In this document: positions 20,804 to 32,180 of the stretch, one piece after another
How positions within the stretch are numbered: the first letter of the stretch is position 1
Layout: every line of letters begins with the position of its first letter
From: an uncultured delta proteobacterium
GTDB taxonomy: Bacteria > Desulfobacterota > Binatia > Binatales > Binataceae
Assembly: GCA_963794325.1 (NCBI GenBank)
Contig: CAWCDG010000002.1
Coordinates: 64,001 to 128,000 of the forward strand
Length of the DNA stretch: 64,000 bases
Direction of reading: 5' to 3'
The notes under the pieces: model-generated
The model's input: the letters and a program-made list of their open reading frames with translations, nothing else
What the model was told of the DNA's origin: nothing
Database searches by the model: none
Program-made: the position numbers and the translations under genes

Positions 20804-20833
20804 GCCGGGGCTGATCCGCAAACTCCGCAATCC

Positions 20834-20951
20834 GTCATCCTGAGCGGAGTCCGCGGTGCGAAGGATCTCGCGCGTAGCGCTCACTGACAGGCGCCGGACG
20901 CAGGTACGTCCGTCGAGATTCTTCGCTTCGGCAACCTCCGCGCAGAATGAC
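20834..20951. repeat. Inverted pair of GTCAT(C/T)CTG-type REP elements
   Basis: GTCATCCTGAGCG...CGAAGGATCTCG and CGAGATTCTTCG...CAGAATGAC; relatives at 46877 and inside the 53/57-kb repeats. Confidence 0.7.
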
Positions 20952-20979
20952 AGAAATAAAAAGCTGAGAGGTCACCACG

Positions 20980-21780
20980 ATGGACTTCAAAACAATTATC
21001 TATGGTTCGCGCGACGGTATCGCGAAAATCACCATCAACCGCGCTGAGCGGATGAACGGCTACAACGAGACGATGGTCAAGGAGATGTGCGCGGCGATCG
21101 ATCTCGCGCGCCAGGACGACGATATTCGCGTACTGATCATCACCGGCAGCGGACGCGCGTTCTGTGCCGGCGGCGATATCAGCGGCGCGCCCGAGAGCCG
21201 TTCGCGATTCCACGGGCATCCGATGGGCCACATGCTCGAGATGCGGGAAGGGTTCCATCAGCTCGTGCTGTCGCTGCATCGCTTCGATAAGCCGGTAATC
21301 GCAGCGATCAACGGCGCGGCGGTCGCCGGCGGCCTGACGCTCGCGCTCTCATGCGATTTCAGAATCGCATCGGACCAGGCGCGGCTCGGAGATACGGCGC
21401 TCAAGTTCGGGCTGCTCTGCGATGAAGGCGGAGCGTACCTGTTTCCCCGCTTCATGGGACTGGACCGCGCGCTCAAGATGACGCTGCTGGCCGAAGTCTA
21501 TGACGCTAAAACTGCGCTCGAGCTCGGGCTGGTTACCGAGGTCGTGCCCCACGCCGATCTCGAGACGCGCACGCAGGACCTCGCGCGGCGGCTCGCGGAC
21601 GGTCCGCCCTTGGCAATCAGGCTCGCCAAACGCATGATGTACAAGCAGCGCGAGATGACGCTCGAAAACGCGCTCGAGGACGCCGCGCTCAACGTGATGA
21701 TCACCAATCCGTCCGAGGACGTGCGCGAAGGCACCCGCGCCTTCCGCGAAAAACGCAAACCGAATTTCAGGGGCAAGTAA
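20980..21780 (+). CDS. Enoyl-CoA hydratase/isomerase family protein
   Basis: ITINRAERMNG, FCAGGD, AAINGAAVAGG, EGTRAFREKRKPNF. Confidence 0.93.
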   Translation: MDFKTIIYGSRDGIAKITINRAERMNGYNETMVKEMCAAIDLARQDDDIRVLIITGSGRAFCAGGDISGAPESRSRFHGHPMGHMLEMREGFHQLVLSLHRFDKPVIAAINGAAVAGGLTLALSCDFRIASDQARLGDTALKFGLLCDEGGAYLFPRFMGLDRALKMTLLAEVYDAKTALELGLVTEVVPHADLETRTQDLARRLADGPPLAIRLAKRMMYKQREMTLENALEDAALNVMITNPSEDVREGTRAFREKRKPNFRGK

Positions 21781-21815
21781 TTCTTGCCGCGCCAGCCACA
21801 GGAGACCTCGTCCCG

Positions 21816-22235
21816 ATGCCGATGAAGAAGAAAGATATCGAGAAGCTGCTCAAGAAACCGATCGTTGCGGTGGTCGCCGTCACCGCGCCCGACGGCGCGC
21901 CGCATGCCGTGCCAACCTGGTATGAGTACGCCGACGGGCAAATCGTATTTCACACTGCCGCGGAGTCGTTCAAGTACAAATGCCTGGTGCGCGATCCGCG
22001 CGTCACGCTGGTGGTCGATACCAAGAAAGCGCCGTACAAAACGGTAGTGCTGAAAGGGCGCGCCACACTCGAAGAAAAAATCGACGACAAACGCACCGAG
22101 CGGATGGCGATCGAGTACCTGGGTAAGAAACTCGGCAAGGCCTATGCGAAATCGCTCAAGGGCAACAAGGTCGTGGTCGTGACCTTCAAGCCCTCGCACA
22201 CGGTTTCGTGGGATTACAGCCAGGAGAGTCCCTAG
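21816..22235 (+). CDS. Pyridoxamine 5'-phosphate oxidase-like (PPOX class, possibly F420-dependent) protein
   Basis: VTAPDGAPHAVPTW, K...RDPRVTLVV, VVLKGRA split-barrel pattern. Confidence 0.8.
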   Translation: MPMKKKDIEKLLKKPIVAVVAVTAPDGAPHAVPTWYEYADGQIVFHTAAESFKYKCLVRDPRVTLVVDTKKAPYKTVVLKGRATLEEKIDDKRTERMAIEYLGKKLGKAYAKSLKGNKVVVVTFKPSHTVSWDYSQESP

Positions 22236-22243
22236 CATTTGCG

Positions 22244-23038
22244 ATGGACGAACGGCTCAAAGCAAATCTCGACGCGTGGAACCAGATGGCGCGGATCCAT
22301 GCGGCGTCGCGCGAATATCGGCTGGCGGAATTTAAGGCGGGCGAAAACGTCCTCAAGCCGATCGAGCTGCGCGAGGTCGGCGATGTTCGCGGCAAATCAC
22401 TCCTCCACATGCAGTGTCATTTCGGTCTCGACACGATGTCGTGGGCGCGGATGGGCGCAAACATCACCGGCGTCGATTTTTCCGACGACGCGATCGCACT
22501 CGCTCGCTCGATCAGCGCCGAGCTGAAAATTCCCGCGCGATTTATCCAATCCAACATCTACGACGCTCCCAACGTGCTGCACGATCAATTCGATATCGTG
22601 TTCACGTCGTACGGCGCTCTCTGTTGGCTGCCGGATATCACGCGATGGGCTCAGGTCGCGTCGAGCTTCGTGAAGCCCGGCGGGTTCTTCTATATGGCTG
22701 AGTTTCACCCCCTGATTCTGATGAGCGACAATCGCCGCGGCATGACTAAGCTCGAAAACGAAATTTCATACTTCCACACGGCGATGCGCGTAGACCCGCC
22801 TGGTCCCGACTATTCAGATCCCAGTAAGACCGTCTCCGAAACGCATCAATGGATGTACCGCCTCGGCGACCTCGTCAGCGCGCTCGCTGCGGCAGGCCTC
22901 AGAATCGAGTACCTGCACGAATTCGCCGAATGTATCTATCCGCACTTCCCATTCATGAAGCTCGAAAGCGACGGCCAGTGGCATATCGAAGGCGATCCGA
23001 TTCCCACGATTTTTTCGATCAAAGCAACCAAGCCATAA
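22244..23038 (+). CDS. Class I SAM-dependent methyltransferase
   Basis: LLHMQCHFGLDT, GVDFS, FDIVFTSYG, KPGG. Confidence 0.88.
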   Translation: MDERLKANLDAWNQMARIHAASREYRLAEFKAGENVLKPIELREVGDVRGKSLLHMQCHFGLDTMSWARMGANITGVDFSDDAIALARSISAELKIPARFIQSNIYDAPNVLHDQFDIVFTSYGALCWLPDITRWAQVASSFVKPGGFFYMAEFHPLILMSDNRRGMTKLENEISYFHTAMRVDPPGPDYSDPSKTVSETHQWMYRLGDLVSALAAAGLRIEYLHEFAECIYPHFPFMKLESDGQWHIEGDPIPTIFSIKATKP

Positions 23039-23042
23039 GCCG

Positions 23043-24053
23043 ATGCTGAAGACCAAATTCTGCGAGCTGTTCGGCATCGAGTATCCGATCGTATGCGCCG
23101 GGATGGGAAACGTCGCACGCGCGAATCTTGCCGCTGCGGTATCGGAGGCGGGCGGCCTTGGCACTATTGCGATGCCGGGAATCTCACCGGATGCGATGGC
23201 CGCTGAGATTTCGGTCGCGCGCAAGATCACCGCGAAGCCAATCGTGGTCAATCAGTTGGTCCCGTTTCTTCGGCCCGGGATTTTCGAGTCGCTCGCGAAG
23301 CAACCGATTTCCGCAGTGACGTTATTCTGGGGCGATCCCGCCGAGCACATCCCGGCCTGCAAACTGCTTGGCCTGAAAGTTATCTGGCAGTGCGGATCGG
23401 CTCTGGAAGCGCTCGCGGCGAAACGCGCAGGCGCCGACGCGATCATCGCGCAAGGCTTCGAGGCGGGCGGCCACGTACGCGGCGTCGTGACCACCTTCGC
23501 GCTCGTGCCGGAAGTGCGCGACGCAATTGGCGACTTGCCGATGCTCGCGGCGGGCGGAATCAGCGATGGCCGCGGTCTGGCGGCTGCGCTGGCTCTCGGC
23601 GCGGACGGCGCAGTATTCGGCACACGCTTCCTGGCCTCACGCGAATCGAATGCGCGTCCCGAATACAAGCAAGCGGTGCTCGACGCTCACGCCAGCGACA
23701 CCGTTCACACCAAGCTGTTCGATATCGGATGGCCCGACGCGGCTCATCGAGTGATTCGCACTCCGCTGGTCGACGCATGGGAGCGCGCGGGCAGTCCCGC
23801 ATCCGGCAACCGCGCGGGCGAGGGCGAAGTGATCGCGCGCCTTCGTCACGGCGACATCGATGCGCCGCTGCCACGGTACTCGGTGAATCCTCCGTCGGAT
23901 TCGGTCGAAGGCGACCTTAGCGGCTTGCCATTCTACGCGGGACAATCGGTAAGCATGATCGACAAGATTGTGCCCGCCTCCGAAATCGTCCGCCAAATCG
24001 CAGCCGAAGCGCACGACGTGATCACATCGCGCCTCGCCCCGATGGCGCGCTGA
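23043..24053 (+). CDS. Nitronate monooxygenase / FabK-like flavoenzyme
   Basis: AVSEAGGLG, QGFEAGGH, AAGGISDGRG, GTRF, AGQSV. Confidence 0.9.
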   Translation: MLKTKFCELFGIEYPIVCAGMGNVARANLAAAVSEAGGLGTIAMPGISPDAMAAEISVARKITAKPIVVNQLVPFLRPGIFESLAKQPISAVTLFWGDPAEHIPACKLLGLKVIWQCGSALEALAAKRAGADAIIAQGFEAGGHVRGVVTTFALVPEVRDAIGDLPMLAAGGISDGRGLAAALALGADGAVFGTRFLASRESNARPEYKQAVLDAHASDTVHTKLFDIGWPDAAHRVIRTPLVDAWERAGSPASGNRAGEGEVIARLRHGDIDAPLPRYSVNPPSDSVEGDLSGLPFYAGQSVSMIDKIVPASEIVRQIAAEAHDVITSRLAPMAR

Positions 24054-24113
24054 CGATGCCCCGCAACGCGCAATAACTATCGAATAGCTAATACATCTGC
24101 GATAATTGCATTA

Positions 24114-25163
24114 GTGGCACGACAGGTTCCCAGTGATGCGGTTATTGAGGCGCTCGGACACGTAAAGTATCCCGGTTACTCCGCTGACATTGTCGCGCTT
24201 GGCCTGGTCGAGGACGCGCAACCTACGGCGGACGGCGGCTATGCGATCACGCTTCGGCAGGTTACCGAGCGCGACGAGGTGATCCGCGAGCTCGCCGCTA
24301 ACATCCACCGGGCGCTGACGCATGACCTTGGCGTGCCCAAGGTCGAGCTTCGGGTCCATCGAATCGAGGCCGAGCTTGGCGAGAAGACCGGGCGCGTCCG
24401 CCTCGAAGGCACCAAGCACATCATCGCGGTCGGCAGCGGCAAGGGCGGCGTAGGCAAATCCACCGTCGCGGCGAACATCGCGGTGGCGCTGGCGCGATTG
24501 GGGCTCAGCGTCGGGTTGCTTGACGCGGATATCTACGGGCCGTCGGTGCCGATGATGTTCAAGGTCGGCGATGAGCGGCCGAAGTCGGCGGGCGGGCAGA
24601 ACTTCTATCCGATCGAAAAGTACGGCGTGAAGCTGATCTCGATCGGATTCTTTCTGGGCGAGAAGGCGCCGGTCATCTGGCGCGGACCGATGGTCATGGG
24701 CGCGGTCCGCCAATTCCTGAAGGATACGCTGTGGGGTTCGCAGGATTTTCTAATCGTCGATCTTCCGCCCGGAACCGGCGATGCGCAGTTGACGCTCGCG
24801 CAGCAGGTTTCGGTCGACGGTGTTGTGATCGTGACGACACCGCAGGACGTGGCGCTGCTCGACGCGACTCGCGCGGTCAAGATGTTTCGCCAGGTGCATT
24901 GCCCGATTCTCGGCGTGGTCGAGAACATGAGTTATTTCGTCTGTCCCGATTGTGGCGAGCGCGACGAACTTTTCGGCTACGGCGGCGGCGAGCGGATGGC
25001 CGCGGAGGAGGGGACGAATCTGCTCGCGAGGATTCCGATCTACCCCGACGTGCGACAGGCCGGCGACGACGGCATGCCGATCGTAGTCGCGAACCCGGCG
25101 CACCCCGCCAGCATTGCGTTTCTGGAGCTGGCTCGGCGCATCGCCAATACCGTTGCCGACTAA
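24114..25163 (+). CDS. mrp: Mrp/NBP35 (ApbC) Fe-S cluster carrier ATPase
   Basis: [41 protein letters not shown]. Confidence 0.95.
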   Translation: MARQVPSDAVIEALGHVKYPGYSADIVALGLVEDAQPTADGGYAITLRQVTERDEVIRELAANIHRALTHDLGVPKVELRVHRIEAELGEKTGRVRLEGTKHIIAVGSGKGGVGKSTVAANIAVALARLGLSVGLLDADIYGPSVPMMFKVGDERPKSAGGQNFYPIEKYGVKLISIGFFLGEKAPVIWRGPMVMGAVRQFLKDTLWGSQDFLIVDLPPGTGDAQLTLAQQVSVDGVVIVTTPQDVALLDATRAVKMFRQVHCPILGVVENMSYFVCPDCGERDELFGYGGGERMAAEEGTNLLARIPIYPDVRQAGDDGMPIVVANPAHPASIAFLELARRIANTVAD

Positions 25164-25266
25164 ATGTTGGCTCCTTGAAATACTTGCTCCACCTGCCACA
25201 CGCCGATATTGTTGCCGTTCGGTCCGACCGTTTTGTCGAAACAAGGACCTCTTTCGGAGCTGGAAA

Positions 25267-25602
25267 ATGTCCACGCTGATAACAGAAGAATGCATCAATT
25301 GCGGTGCCTGCGAGCCCGAATGCCCCAACACCGCGATTTACGAAGGCGGCGGGCAGTGGGAACTCAACGGTGCGACCAAGCCTGCGATCAAGGAAGATAT
25401 CTATTACATCGTCCCCGACAAATGCACCGAGTGCGTCGGCTTCTTCGATCAGGAACAATGCGCCGCCGTATGCCCGGTCGATTGTTGCATCCCGGACCCC
25501 AATATTCCCGAGACCGAAGAGGTGCTGATCGAGCGCGCGCGCGTGCTGCATCCCGAACAAACTTTCGGTGCCGAATTCCCGTCGCGATTCCGAAAGGCCT
25601 GA
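25267..25602 (+). CDS. YfhL-family 4Fe-4S dicluster ferredoxin
   Basis: [12 protein letters not shown] and [22 protein letters not shown]. Confidence 0.93.
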   Translation: MSTLITEECINCGACEPECPNTAIYEGGGQWELNGATKPAIKEDIYYIVPDKCTECVGFFDQEQCAAVCPVDCCIPDPNIPETEEVLIERARVLHPEQTFGAEFPSRFRKA

Positions 25603-25621
25603 CGCCAAGGAGTTCTGACAT

Positions 25622-26941
25622 TTGACGACCAAAGGTCCCGTCCGAATCGCCCCCGCGGACGGCAAGCTCGGCGTGCTGCTTCCCGGCATCGGCGCGGTCA
25701 GCACGACCTTCATCGCGGGAGTCGAGGCGGTAAAGCGCGGCCTCGGCGCGCCGATCGGATCGCTGACCCAGCTCGCCACCGTTCGCCTGGGCAAACGCAC
25801 CGAAGGACGCACGCCGCTGATCAGGGATTTCGTCCCGCTCGCGAAGCTCGAGGATCTCGAGTTCGGCGGATGGGACATTTACGAAGACACTGCCTACGAA
25901 GCCGCGCTCAACGCCGCGGTGCTCGATCGTCGGCTCCTGGAGCAGGTGCGCGAGCCGCTGGAAAAACTTCATCCGATGGATGCAGTTTTCGATCAGGACT
26001 ATGTGCGCAACATTCGCGGCCCCAATCTGAAGGAAGCGCGCACCAAGATGGACAAGGCCGCGATGCTGATGGACGACATCCGGAATTTCCAGAAGCGCAC
26101 CGGCGTCGCGCGCACCGTGATGGTCTGGTGCGGCTCGACCGAGGTCTTCCATAAGCCGGCGGCGGTGCATGAGACGCTCAAAGCGTTCGAGGCCGGCCTC
26201 GCTAACAACGATCCCGAAATCGCGCCGAGCCAGATTTACGCGTACGCCGCGCTCAAGATGGGTATCCCCTACGCCAACGGCGCGCCCAACTTGACCACCG
26301 ACACGCCCGCGTTGCTCGAGCTCGCGCGCGAGACGAATCTCCCGATTTGTGGCAAGGACTTCAAGACCGGCCAGACGTTTATGAAGACGTTGATCGCGCC
26401 GGGGCTGAAGGCGCGCATGCTCGGAATGTCGGGATGGTTCTCGACCAACATCCTGGGCAATCGCGACGGCGAGGTGCTCGAAGATCCCGGCTCGTTCAAG
26501 TCCAAGGAAGAGACCAAGCTCTCGGTGCTCGATCAGATCCTTCAGCCCGAGTTGCACCCGCAGCTTTATAGCGACGTGTTCCACTCGGTGAAGATCAATT
26601 ACTACCCGCCGCGCGGCGACTCGAAAGAGGGATGGGACAACATCGATATCTTCGGATGGCTCGGTTATCCGATGCAGATCAAAATTAATTTCCTGTGCCG
26701 CGATTCAATCCTGGCGGCGCCCCTCGTCCTCGACCTCGTGCTGTTCATGGACTTGGCGCATCGCGCCGGCATGCGCGGGATTCAGGAATGGCTGTCCTTC
26801 TACTTCAAGGCGCCGATGCACGCGCCGAACATTTATCCCGAGCACGACATTTTCATCCAGCTGATGAAGCTCAAGAACACACTGCGCTGGATGCGCGGCG
26901 AAGACCTGATCACGCATCTAGGCCTCGAATACTACGACTGA
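25622..26941 (+). CDS. ino1: Myo-inositol-1-phosphate synthase
   Basis: GKDFKTGQT, STNILGNRDG, DSKEGWD, RDSILAAP; TTG start. Confidence 0.92.
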   Translation: MTTKGPVRIAPADGKLGVLLPGIGAVSTTFIAGVEAVKRGLGAPIGSLTQLATVRLGKRTEGRTPLIRDFVPLAKLEDLEFGGWDIYEDTAYEAALNAAVLDRRLLEQVREPLEKLHPMDAVFDQDYVRNIRGPNLKEARTKMDKAAMLMDDIRNFQKRTGVARTVMVWCGSTEVFHKPAAVHETLKAFEAGLANNDPEIAPSQIYAYAALKMGIPYANGAPNLTTDTPALLELARETNLPICGKDFKTGQTFMKTLIAPGLKARMLGMSGWFSTNILGNRDGEVLEDPGSFKSKEETKLSVLDQILQPELHPQLYSDVFHSVKINYYPPRGDSKEGWDNIDIFGWLGYPMQIKINFLCRDSILAAPLVLDLVLFMDLAHRAGMRGIQEWLSFYFKAPMHAPNIYPEHDIFIQLMKLKNTLRWMRGEDLITHLGLEYYD

Positions 26942-26996
26942 TAGTCGATAGTGCCCCCGTTTCGCCCGCGACTGCGGAGCATTAGAATCGGCATTG

Positions 26997-27308
26997 ATGA
27001 ACGTCCTTAGCGGCAAGACAATCGTGCTCGGCGGAGGCCAAACTGAAACGGATATAGCGCGATTGATCCACCGAAACGGAAGCGGGCATTTCCTGCTCTG
27101 CGTTCAGAACAGATCTTATCGCACTTCGCTGGAGATCCGGAAAGTCTATCGCGCGCTTCCGGATCCCGAAGGCGAACGGCACGGCCTGGTGCGGGTGATC
27201 GACGAGAGTGGCGAAGATTATCTATACCCGCGCCGATACTTTGTTGATATCGATGTGCCGAAGCCGGCGCATAAGTGCTTCCCACGCGCCCAGGTCAGCG
27301 CCCAGTGA
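26997..27308 (+). CDS. Small hypothetical protein whose first 12 codons resemble the coaBC start
   Basis: Core ...SLEIRKVY...RVIDESGEDYLYP looks like a conserved small-protein family; N-terminus MNVLSGKTIVLG vs Coa[14 protein letters not shown]. Confidence 0.65.
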   Translation: MNVLSGKTIVLGGGQTETDIARLIHRNGSGHFLLCVQNRSYRTSLEIRKVYRALPDPEGERHGLVRVIDESGEDYLYPRRYFVDIDVPKPAHKCFPRAQVSAQ

Positions 27309-27313
27309 GCCGA

Positions 27314-28564
27314 ATGTCCCCGCTCAAGGACAAGACGATCGTGCTCGGCGTGAGCGGTGGAATCGCCGCTTACAAATCGGCGGAGCTCGTGCGCCTGCTC
27401 GTCAACGCGGGCGCGAACGTCCGCGTTATGATGACGCGCAATGCGACTGAGTTTGTCACGGCGCTGACGCTACAGACCCTCAGCTCGAATCCGGTCGCCA
27501 CCGACACGTTCTCGCTAACCCAGGAATCCGAGATCGGGCACATCCGGCTGGCCGACAGCGCCGACGCTATCGTCATCGCGCCCGCGACCGCCGACGTGAT
27601 CGCCAAGGCTGCCGTCGGTATCGCCGACGACATCGTGACCACCGTGCTGCTTGCGACGCGAGCGAAAGTCGCGTTTGCGCCATCGATGAACGTGCATATG
27701 TACGAGCATCCGACCGTTGCCGAGAATCTCGCGAAGCTGCGCGCGCGTGGCGCGGTTATAATCGAGCCGGGCGAGGGCGCGCTCGCGTGCGGTTATGAGG
27801 GCAAGGGCCGGCTGCCCGATCCGGCGATAGTCGTAGTGGAAATCGAGAGGATGCTCTCGGCGCAGGATCTCGCAGGAGAGAACATCCTCGTGACGGCGGG
27901 GCCGACGCAGGAACCGATCGATCCAGTGCGATTCGTCACCAATCGTTCGTCGGGCAAGATGGGTTTTGCGATTGCCCGTGCGGCATGGCGTCGCGGTGCG
28001 GCCGTTCGGATCGTCGCGGGTCCGTCTGCGCTGGCGACGCCCTACGGTGTCGAGCGAATCGACACTGTTAGCGCGTCGGCGATGCTCGCGAAGACCTCGA
28101 GCAATTTTCCGTGGTCCACGGCCCTGGTGATGGCGGCAGCCGTAGCCGATTTCCGGCCCGCGAATCCCGCGCGCGGCAAGATTAAAAAAGATGCGCGCGG
28201 TCTTCGGCTCGAGATGGAATCGATCGCCGACGAGATGCCGCGCATCGCCGCGAAGAAAGGGACGCGCATCCTGATAGGATTCGCGGCCGAGACCGGCGAT
28301 CTCGAAGCCAACGCGCGCGCCAAGCTGAAGCGCAAGGGACTCGATCTAATCGTCGCCAACGACGTGACCCGCGACGGCGCCGGCTTCGAAGTCGATACCA
28401 ATATCGTCACGCTGATCGGCGCCGACAATAGCTCTCAGAGCCATCCGCAGATGTCCAAGGACGAGGTCGCCGACCTGATCCTCGATCGAATCGTCGCGCT
28501 CCGCGCAGCTAAACCGAAGTCAGGCCGTTCGGACAAGCCTTCTCGCTTGCGCGCGGTCAGATAA
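27314..28564 (+). CDS. coaBC: Phosphopantothenoylcysteine decarboxylase/ligase
   Basis: [46 protein letters not shown]. Confidence 0.97.
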   Translation: MSPLKDKTIVLGVSGGIAAYKSAELVRLLVNAGANVRVMMTRNATEFVTALTLQTLSSNPVATDTFSLTQESEIGHIRLADSADAIVIAPATADVIAKAAVGIADDIVTTVLLATRAKVAFAPSMNVHMYEHPTVAENLAKLRARGAVIIEPGEGALACGYEGKGRLPDPAIVVVEIERMLSAQDLAGENILVTAGPTQEPIDPVRFVTNRSSGKMGFAIARAAWRRGAAVRIVAGPSALATPYGVERIDTVSASAMLAKTSSNFPWSTALVMAAAVADFRPANPARGKIKKDARGLRLEMESIADEMPRIAAKKGTRILIGFAAETGDLEANARAKLKRKGLDLIVANDVTRDGAGFEVDTNIVTLIGADNSSQSHPQMSKDEVADLILDRIVALRAAKPKSGRSDKPSRLRAVR

Positions 28565-28569
28565 CTCTC

Positions 28570-29346
28570 GTGGATGCCTCATCGCTCGATCGCCGCACAC
28601 TGGTCGCCACCATCCGCGACTACGTCGAGCAGTTGCGCGAGGAGGGCATGGAAGGACTTCCCGCATCGGCTTCAACTTCACCAATCGCACCGTCCCCCGC
28701 AGCTTCCAACACCGCCGCCGCACCGATGCCGACCGAGCTGTTCTCGAAATATCCAGGCCTCGAGAAATCTTCGACGCTCGAGGAATTGCGCGAGTTCATC
28801 GGCGACTGCCAGCGATGCAAGCTTGCGCCGCGCCGAACCAATCTCGTCTTCGGTGTCGGCAATCCTCACGCGCAGTTGATGTTTGTCGGCGAGGCGCCCG
28901 GCGCCGACGAGGACGCGCGCGGTGAGCCGTTCGTCGGCCGCGCCGGTCAGTTGCTGACCGACATTATCGAGCGCGGCATGGGCATCAGCCGCTCCGACGT
29001 CTACATCTGCAACGTGATCAAGTGCCGGCCGCCCGACAATCGAAATCCCGAGCCCGACGAAGTCGCGGCATGCGAGCCGTTTCTTTTTCGCCAGATTGAT
29101 ATCGTGCGCCCGCGTGCGATCGTCGGCCTCGGCACGTTTGCGGTGCAGGCGCTGCTCAAGGTGAAGATTCCGATCAGCAAGCTGCGCGGCAACTGGCAGG
29201 ACTTTCGCGGCATCCGATTCATGCCGACCTTTCATCCCGCCTACTTGCTGCGCACCCCTGGCGACAAGCGGCTGGTGTGGGCGGACATCCAGGAAGTGAT
29301 GAAATATCTCGGCATGCCGATTCCACGCCGCGGCGGTTCCTCGTGA
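28570..29346 (+). CDS. Uracil-DNA glycosylase family 4 (Fe-S)
   Basis: CQRCKL, VGEAPG, PFVGRAG, NVIKCRPPDNR, TFHPAYLLR. Confidence 0.95.
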   Translation: MDASSLDRRTLVATIRDYVEQLREEGMEGLPASASTSPIAPSPAASNTAAAPMPTELFSKYPGLEKSSTLEELREFIGDCQRCKLAPRRTNLVFGVGNPHAQLMFVGEAPGADEDARGEPFVGRAGQLLTDIIERGMGISRSDVYICNVIKCRPPDNRNPEPDEVAACEPFLFRQIDIVRPRAIVGLGTFAVQALLKVKIPISKLRGNWQDFRGIRFMPTFHPAYLLRTPGDKRLVWADIQEVMKYLGMPIPRRGGSS

Positions 29347-30677
29347 GCGCGCGCTCAAGATTTGCCGTCGTCGCGGTCCTGGCGATTGCCATTGGATCGC
29401 TCGCATCGCTGCGCGCTGTTGCCGCCGACGTGTCCGCGAAAGCTGTTCCACATACGCCAGTGTGGGTTGAGCTGATCACGATTGACGGCTCGATCAATCC
29501 CGCCACCGCATCTTACATCGAGGATTCACTGGCGTCCGCAAATGCCGACGGTGCCAGCGCGTTGGTGATTCAGCTCGACACTCCGGGCGGTCTGCTCAAT
29601 TCGGCGGAGAAGATCGTCAAGGCTATTCTCGCCGCGCCATTGCCGGTGATCGTTTATGTCGCGCCGTCGGGCGCGAGCGCCGCGTCCGCTGGCGTATTCA
29701 TTACCGAAGCCGCGAACGTCGCCGCGATGGCGCCGGGAACTACCATCGGCGCGGCGCATCCGGTCGAGCAGGGTGGTGAGGACATCAAGGGCGCGATGGG
29801 CGAGAAGATCGAGAACTTCACTGCGACCTTTGCGCGCACCATCGCGCAGCAGCGCGGGCGCAACGAAGACTGGGTCGAGCAGGCCGTCCGCCACAGCATC
29901 GCGATCGGCGAGCGCGAGGCGCTGGCGAAGAATGTCGTCGACATCGTCGCGCCCGACCTCCGCAGCCTGCTGACGCAAGCGAGCGGCCGCAAAGTTCAGG
30001 TCGAGGGCAAAACCGTGACGCTCGAGCTCGCCGATGCCGCCGTGCGCCGCATGCGGATGACGCCCGGCCAGCAACTGCTCAACGTCCTCGCCGATCCCAA
30101 CATCGTCTATCTGCTGCTGATGGCGGGAATGATCGGTCTGTACTTCGAATTCGCGCATCCGGGCGTGATCTTCCCCGGCGTCGCCGGCGCGATTTGCCTG
30201 CTGCTCGCGCTCGCCTCGTTCCAGGTGCTGCCGGTAAATCTCACCGGACTGCTGCTGATTTTTTTGGGCGTCGCGATGCTTATCTCCGAGGCCTTCGTCA
30301 CCAGCTACGGAATCCTCGGCCTGGGCGGGGTCACCGCGTTCGTCATTGGCTCGTTGTTTTTTATCGATACCTCGAAGACCGACCTGGCCGTCAATCGCAA
30401 CATAATATACGGCGCTGCCGCCGCATTGACGCTGATCATTCTCGGCATCGGATATATCGTGGCGCGTGAGCGCCGCAACCGCGCGACCACCGGCGCCGAA
30501 GGCATCGTCGGCGAAGTCGGCGAAGTGCGCGAGGCGATCGCTCCGGGCACACCCGGCAAAGTTTTTGTGCATGGCGAGATTTGGCGCGCGGTCAGCGCCG
30601 ACGCGCTCGGTCCCGGCGCGCGCGCGCGGGTGAAATCGATCAACGGGTTGGAACTGCAAGTACAGAAGGTGGCGTAG
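29343..30677 (+). CDS. NfeD-family membrane-bound serine protease (long form)
   Basis: LDTPGGL, AASAG, GAAHPV, TM block, C-terminal GKVFVHGEIWRA; adjacent to an SPFH gene. Confidence 0.92.
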   Translation: MSARSRFAVVAVLAIAIGSLASLRAVAADVSAKAVPHTPVWVELITIDGSINPATASYIEDSLASANADGASALVIQLDTPGGLLNSAEKIVKAILAAPLPVIVYVAPSGASAASAGVFITEAANVAAMAPGTTIGAAHPVEQGGEDIKGAMGEKIENFTATFARTIAQQRGRNEDWVEQAVRHSIAIGEREALAKNVVDIVAPDLRSLLTQASGRKVQVEGKTVTLELADAAVRRMRMTPGQQLLNVLADPNIVYLLLMAGMIGLYFEFAHPGVIFPGVAGAICLLLALASFQVLPVNLTGLLLIFLGVAMLISEAFVTSYGILGLGGVTAFVIGSLFFIDTSKTDLAVNRNIIYGAAAALTLIILGIGYIVARERRNRATTGAEGIVGEVGEVREAIAPGTPGKVFVHGEIWRAVSADALGPGARARVKSINGLELQVQKVA

Positions 30678-30740
30678 CGCTCGAAGATAGCGGATGGTAT
30701 CGGGAAGCCTCGCGCGCATTGGGGGCGAAGGAGAATCGCG

Positions 30741-31520
30741 ATGGCGAGCGGAATCGGGATAGTCGTCTTCATCGGCGCAATTTTCGTTTTGAGCGGGCTC
30801 AAGGTCCTCAACGAGTACGAGCGCGGCGTCGTCTTTCGCCTCGGGCGCCTCACTCCTTATCGCGGGCCGGGAGTGATCTTCGTGATCCCCGTGCTCGAGC
30901 GGATGGCGCGAATCGATCTGCGGACCGTCACCCTCGACATCCCGCCGCAGGACGTCATCACCAAGGACAACGTGACGGTCAAGGTCAGCGCGGTGCTGTA
31001 TTTTCGCGTGGTCGATCCGTCGCGCGCGGTGACCGAGGTCGCCAACTACCTGTTCGCCACGATGCAGCTCGCGCAAACGACCTTGCGCTCGGTCGGCGGA
31101 CAGACCGAGCTCGACGAATTGCTCAGCCAGCGCGACAAGCTCAACGCGCGCATCCAGGAAATCGTCGATTCGCAAACCGAGCCGTGGGGCGTGAAGGTCA
31201 CGCTGGTCGAGCTGAAGAATATAGATCTGCCGCAGGACATGCAGCGCGCGATCGCGGCGCAGGCCGAGGCCGAGCGCGAGCGGCGCGCCAAGGTGATCGC
31301 GGCGGAAGGCGAATTCCAGGCGTCGCAGCGGCTCGCGGATGCGGCCGAGATCATGAGCAAGAGTCCCATCACGCTCCAGCTTCGCTATCTGCAGACACTC
31401 AAGGAGATAGCGACCGAAAACAATTCCACCACAGTCTTTCCGATGCCAATCGATCTGTTCGAACCGTTCCGCGCGTTCGCGAAACTGGCCGGCGTCGGCG
31501 ACGACAAGCCCAAGACCTGA
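30741..31520 (+). CDS. SPFH/band 7 (stomatin-like, slipin) protein
   Basis: [47 protein letters not shown]. Confidence 0.95.
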   Translation: MASGIGIVVFIGAIFVLSGLKVLNEYERGVVFRLGRLTPYRGPGVIFVIPVLERMARIDLRTVTLDIPPQDVITKDNVTVKVSAVLYFRVVDPSRAVTEVANYLFATMQLAQTTLRSVGGQTELDELLSQRDKLNARIQEIVDSQTEPWGVKVTLVELKNIDLPQDMQRAIAAQAEAERERRAKVIAAEGEFQASQRLADAAEIMSKSPITLQLRYLQTLKEIATENNSTTVFPMPIDLFEPFRAFAKLAGVGDDKPKT

Positions 31521-31576
31521 CGCTCCGCATCGTTTCGTTCGCACCGCGCTGAGTTTTCGGAGAAAATCTCTAGCTT

Positions 31577-32180
31577 ATGGGCAAGCTGATAATGGTTCGT
31601 CATGGCGAGAGCGAGGGCAACGCGATTCGACGCTTTACCACTTCGGGCGAGGCGAAGATCACGGACCTCGGCCGCCGTCAGGCTCTGGAAGCCGCCGTCA
31701 GAATCAAGCTGAAGTATCAGCCGATACTGGTGATTGCGAGCACCTTCGCGCGCGCCCGCGAAACAGGACTCATCATCGCCGCGGAGGTGGGCCTCCCGAT
31801 CGAGTACGAGCGCGGAGTTCCGCGAGATGAGCCTCGGCGATTTCGCCGGAAAGCCTTACGACTCGATCGCCAACGATCCCACCTTCGACCCACAGCGTTC
31901 ATGGCTATTTCGCGCGCCCAACGGCGAGAGTCATGAGGATGTCCTGAAGCGCGTCGCACCGGTACTCGATCGGGTCGCGGCAAAATATCCCGAGGACGAA
32001 GTCGTAGTCGTCAGTCACGGCGGCGTGATGCGAGCGGTGTGGGCGCACGTCACCGGCAAATGGGAAAACGCGCACGTGCCGCCGAACTGCGGCATCGTCG
32101 TAATCGAGCATCATGGCGGCCGCTACCGCGAGCCCGAAGTTATATTCGGAGAAACTCCGGCAAGCGAAACCGGCGGCTAG
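31577..32180 (+). CDS. Histidine phosphatase (phosphoglycerate mutase family), frameshifted near 31810
   Basis: RHGES motif in the first frame; EFREMSLGDFAG, GES, VVSHGG in the second frame. Confidence 0.85.

Noticed and set aside
31800-31830. Programmed frameshifting in the phosphatase (and at 46545 in the dehydrogenase)
   Set aside because: No slippery heptamer or stimulatory structure seen; scattered indels elsewhere favour sequencing error or decay
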